A stretch of DNA of 64,000 bases. It comes from Squalus acanthias (taxonomy: Eukaryota). The notes under the pieces were generated by a model, which was not told the DNA's origin, did no database searches, and worked only from the letters and a program-made list of their open reading frames with translations. The first letter of the stretch is position 1; every line of letters starts with the position of its first letter. Below are positions 61,122 through 64,000 of this stretch, piece by piece. A program made the translations under genes and the position numbers. Where the stretch lies: NCBI GenBank assembly GCA_030390025.1, contig CM059431.1:102116001-102180000 (forward strand). Direction: 5' to 3'.

Positions 61122-61600
61122 AAAAGAAAAGAAGACTTGCATTTCTATAGCGCCTTTCACGACCACCGGACGTCCCAAAGTGCTTTACAGCCAATGAAGT
61201 AATTTGTTTTTGAAGTGTCGTCACTGTTGTAATGTAAGAAACACGGCAACCAATTTGCACACAGCAAGCTCCCACAAACAGCAATGTGATACTGACCAGA
61301 TAATCTGTTTTACTGATGTTGATTTGAGGGATAAATATTGGTCCAGGACACTGGGGAGAACTCCCCTGCTCTTCTTCGAAATAGTGCCGCGGAATCTTTT
61401 ACGTCCACCTGAGAGAGCAGAGGGGCCTCGGTTTAACGTCTCATCCGAAAGACGGCACCTCTGACAATGCAGCACTCCCTCAGTACTGCACTGGGAATGT
61501 TAGCCTAGATTTTCTGTGCTCGAGTCTCTGGAGTGGGACTACGAACCCACGACCTTCTGACTCAGAGACAAGAGTGCTGCCCACTGAGCCAGGGCTGACA
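61122..61600 (-). mobile_element. Deu-domain SINE, full length
   Basis: Head, core and tail. Confidence 0.88.
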
Positions 61601-61841
61601 AGACAATGGAAGGAACTGGTGAGAAAGAATGCGTTGAAGCAATTTCTAGCGCTCCAACTGCTTTCATTTATATATGTTGTCGTATCTGCCTTCTTGTAAA
61701 AGAGGCCCTTTTACAGATATGTAACTTATTACCTCATTGTCATCAAATTGCTTGCGCAAGCAGGAAATAAAAGTTGCTCACAAGGTCTACTTCACGGCAT
61801 TCCTCTGGATAAGAGGAGAGACTATCGAAACTGGGAAGGTT

Positions 61842-62317
61842 ATAGAATCATAGAAGATAGGAGCAGGAGTAGGCCATTCGGCCCCTCGAGCCTGCTCCGC
61901 CATTTAATGAGATCATGGCTGATCATCCAAATTCAGTACCCTGTCCCTGCTTTCTCCCCATATCCCTTGATCCCTTTAGCCTTAAGAAATATATCTAACT
62001 CCTTCTTGAATCTATTTAATGAATTGGCCTCTACTGCCTTCTGTGGCAGAGAATTCCACAGGTTCACCACTCTCTGGGTGAAGAAATTCCTCCTCATCTC
62101 TGTCCTAAATGGCTTACCCCTTATCCTTAGACTGTGACCCCTGGTTCTGGACTCCCCGACCATCGGGAACATCCTTCCTGCATCTAGTTTGTCCAGTCCT
62201 GTCAGAATTTTATACGTTTCAATGAGATCCCCTCTCATTCTTCTATACTCCAGCGAGTATAAGCCCAATCGACCCAATCTCTCTTCATACGTCATTCCTG
62301 CCACCCCAGGTATCAGC
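61842..62317 (-). mobile_element. CR1 LINE 3' fragment
   Basis: ORF 61933-62319: GMTYEERLGRLGLYSLE..WNSLPQ. Confidence 0.92.
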
Positions 62318-62994
62318 ATCCCAGGTTAAAACAGAAGAGCAGAGAAGGTTAAAGAGAGATGGGATAGAGGTGTTCAAAATGATGTAAGAATTCGATAAGG
62401 TAAATCAGGGTAAACTATGTCCGTCAGTCAGTGAATTGATAACCAGAGGTCATAAATTCAAGGCCTTCACAAACAACAAACGGAGAGGTGTAGAGAAATG
62501 ATTTATGGTTGAGGATGGTTGGGACATGGAACGTCTCACCCTAACCAGCGGTGGAAAAAGGATGCCAAATAGCTTTTAAAGAGGGAACTGGATAAATGAT
62601 TGAAAAATAAATATTTAAAAGGAATCGGGTCAGGGGAGGGGAAATGGGACTAACTCGAGAGAGCCAGCGCAGGTGCAATGGGCCGAATGGCCTCCTTCTG
62701 TGCTGTAAAACTCTACGATCGTGTCTTCCTCAGGAATTGCAGGCAGATGAACCATCCAGAGTACGCTGCGCAGGAAACTCCACCGCGATCGTCACTGAGT
62801 ATCTGCTTGGTCTGTAACAGAGTCTGTACGTTGAATTCTTTTTAGTGAGCACTCTTGCCAAAAAAAAATCTGTTGCAGTTTGTGTGTTGAGTCATGCTCT
62901 TCCCACCTATATTTGCATTTTCTGGGGTGCAATAAGTTTGAGGAGAGTCTGAAAGCAGCATTAATGCTTTGCCCGAGCTGCTGCTACCAAGACA

Positions 62995-63613
62995 GCAACT
63001 TGTATTTATACAGCACCTTTAACATAGTAAAACATCCCAAGGCGCTTCACAGGAGTGTCATCAGACACCGAGTCACGTAAGGAGATATTAGGACAGGCGA
63101 CCAAAAGCTTGGTCAAAGAGGTGGGTTTTAAGGAGCGTCTTAAAGGAGCGTCTTAAAGGAGCGCGAGAGAGGTGGAGAGGCGGAGAGGTTTAGGGAGGGA
63201 ATTCCAGAGCTTAGGGTCCAGGCAGCTGAAGGTACGGTCACCAATGGTGGAGCGATTAAAGTTAGGGATGAGCAAGAGGCCAGAATTGGAGGAGAGCAGA
63301 GATCTCGGAGGGTTGTAGGACTGGAGGAGGTTACAGAGATAGGGAGAGGGGGCGAGGCCATGGCAGGATTTGAAAACAAGGATGAGAATTTTAAAATCGA
63401 GGTGTTGCCGGACCGGGAGCCAGTGTAGGTCAGCGAGCACAGGGGGGTGATGGGTGAACGGGACTTGCTGCGAGTTAGGACACGGGGTTTTTAGATGAGC
63501 TCAAGTTTAAAGAGGGTGGACGATGAGAGGCCGGCTAGCAGAGCATTGCAATAGCTGAGTCTAGAGGTAACAATGGCATCAATGAGGGTTTCAGCAGCAG
63601 ATGAGCGGAGGCT
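62995..63613 (-). mobile_element. L2 LINE 3' fragment
   Basis: AETLIDAIVTSRLSYCNALLAGL..LHWLPV..PKLWNSLP. Confidence 0.88.
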
Positions 63614-63616
63614 GAA

Positions 63617-64000
63617 ACATAGAATCGTACAGCACAGAAGGAGGCCATTCGGCCCATCGTGCCTGTGCAGGCTCTGTGAAAGAGCTCTCCAATTAGTCCC
63701 ACTCCCCCCCTGCTCTTTCCCCATAGCCCTGCAAATTTCTCCTTTTCAATATTTATCCAATTCCCTTTTGAAAGTTACTATTGAATCTGCTTCCACCGCC
63801 CTTTCAGGCAGCGCATTCCAGATCACAACAACTCGCTGGGTAAAAAAAAATTCTCCTCCTCTCCCCCTCTGGTTCTTTTGCCAATTACCTTAAATCTGTG
63901 TCCTCTGGTTACCGACCCTCCTGCCACTGGAAACAGTTTCTCCTCATTTACTCCATCAAAACCCTTCATGATTTTGAACGCCTCAATTAAATCTCATCTT
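63617..64000 (-). mobile_element. CR1 LINE 3' fragment (runs off the window)
   Basis: CR1 tail and reverse complement of TQRVVVIWNALPE. Confidence 0.85.

Larger units (their letters stand above)
54245..62715 (+). pseudogene. Old, fragmented near-full-length CR1 ORF2 scaffold broken by nested insertions
   Basis: Collinear remnants: GYKIFRRDR (about 54300), DFN (about 54990), PTREEAVLD and SDH (55100-55190), KAPG..IHPRMLRE, VPEDW and NYRPI (58630-58800), QESVLGP (about 59095), KFNREKCETIHFG (about 60650), EQRRL..EVFK and tail (62335-62715). Confidence 0.7.

Overview
Eukaryotic, repeat-dense intronic DNA, most likely from a cartilaginous fish (shark), judged from its repeat families. The only host gene found is FARP1 on the minus strand. 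Eleven coding exons (49729 down to 933, 1388 nt, all GT-AG, phases consistent) encode the Ser/Pro linker, DH (RhoGEF) domain, first PH domain and inter-PH region; the gene continues past both window edges. The introns hold CR1 and L2 LINE fragments, Deu-domain tRNA-derived SINEs, a second SINE paired with a jockey-group LINE, Penelope-like remnants with minimal hammerhead-ribozyme cores, an RTE fragment, several MITEs and large minisatellites. The most interesting signals are: fold-back Penelope-like mini-insertions with target duplications (one carrying paired hammerhead cores); SINE tails forming the polypyrimidine tracts of two FARP1 exons; repeated amplification of a 33-bp hairpin inside SINEs; an 84-bp fold-back at an L2/CR1 junction; and a fossil CR1 broken by nested insertions and a local duplication. 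Exon boundaries were read base by base. Repeat boundaries are approximate, and family names come from remembered motifs, not database searches.
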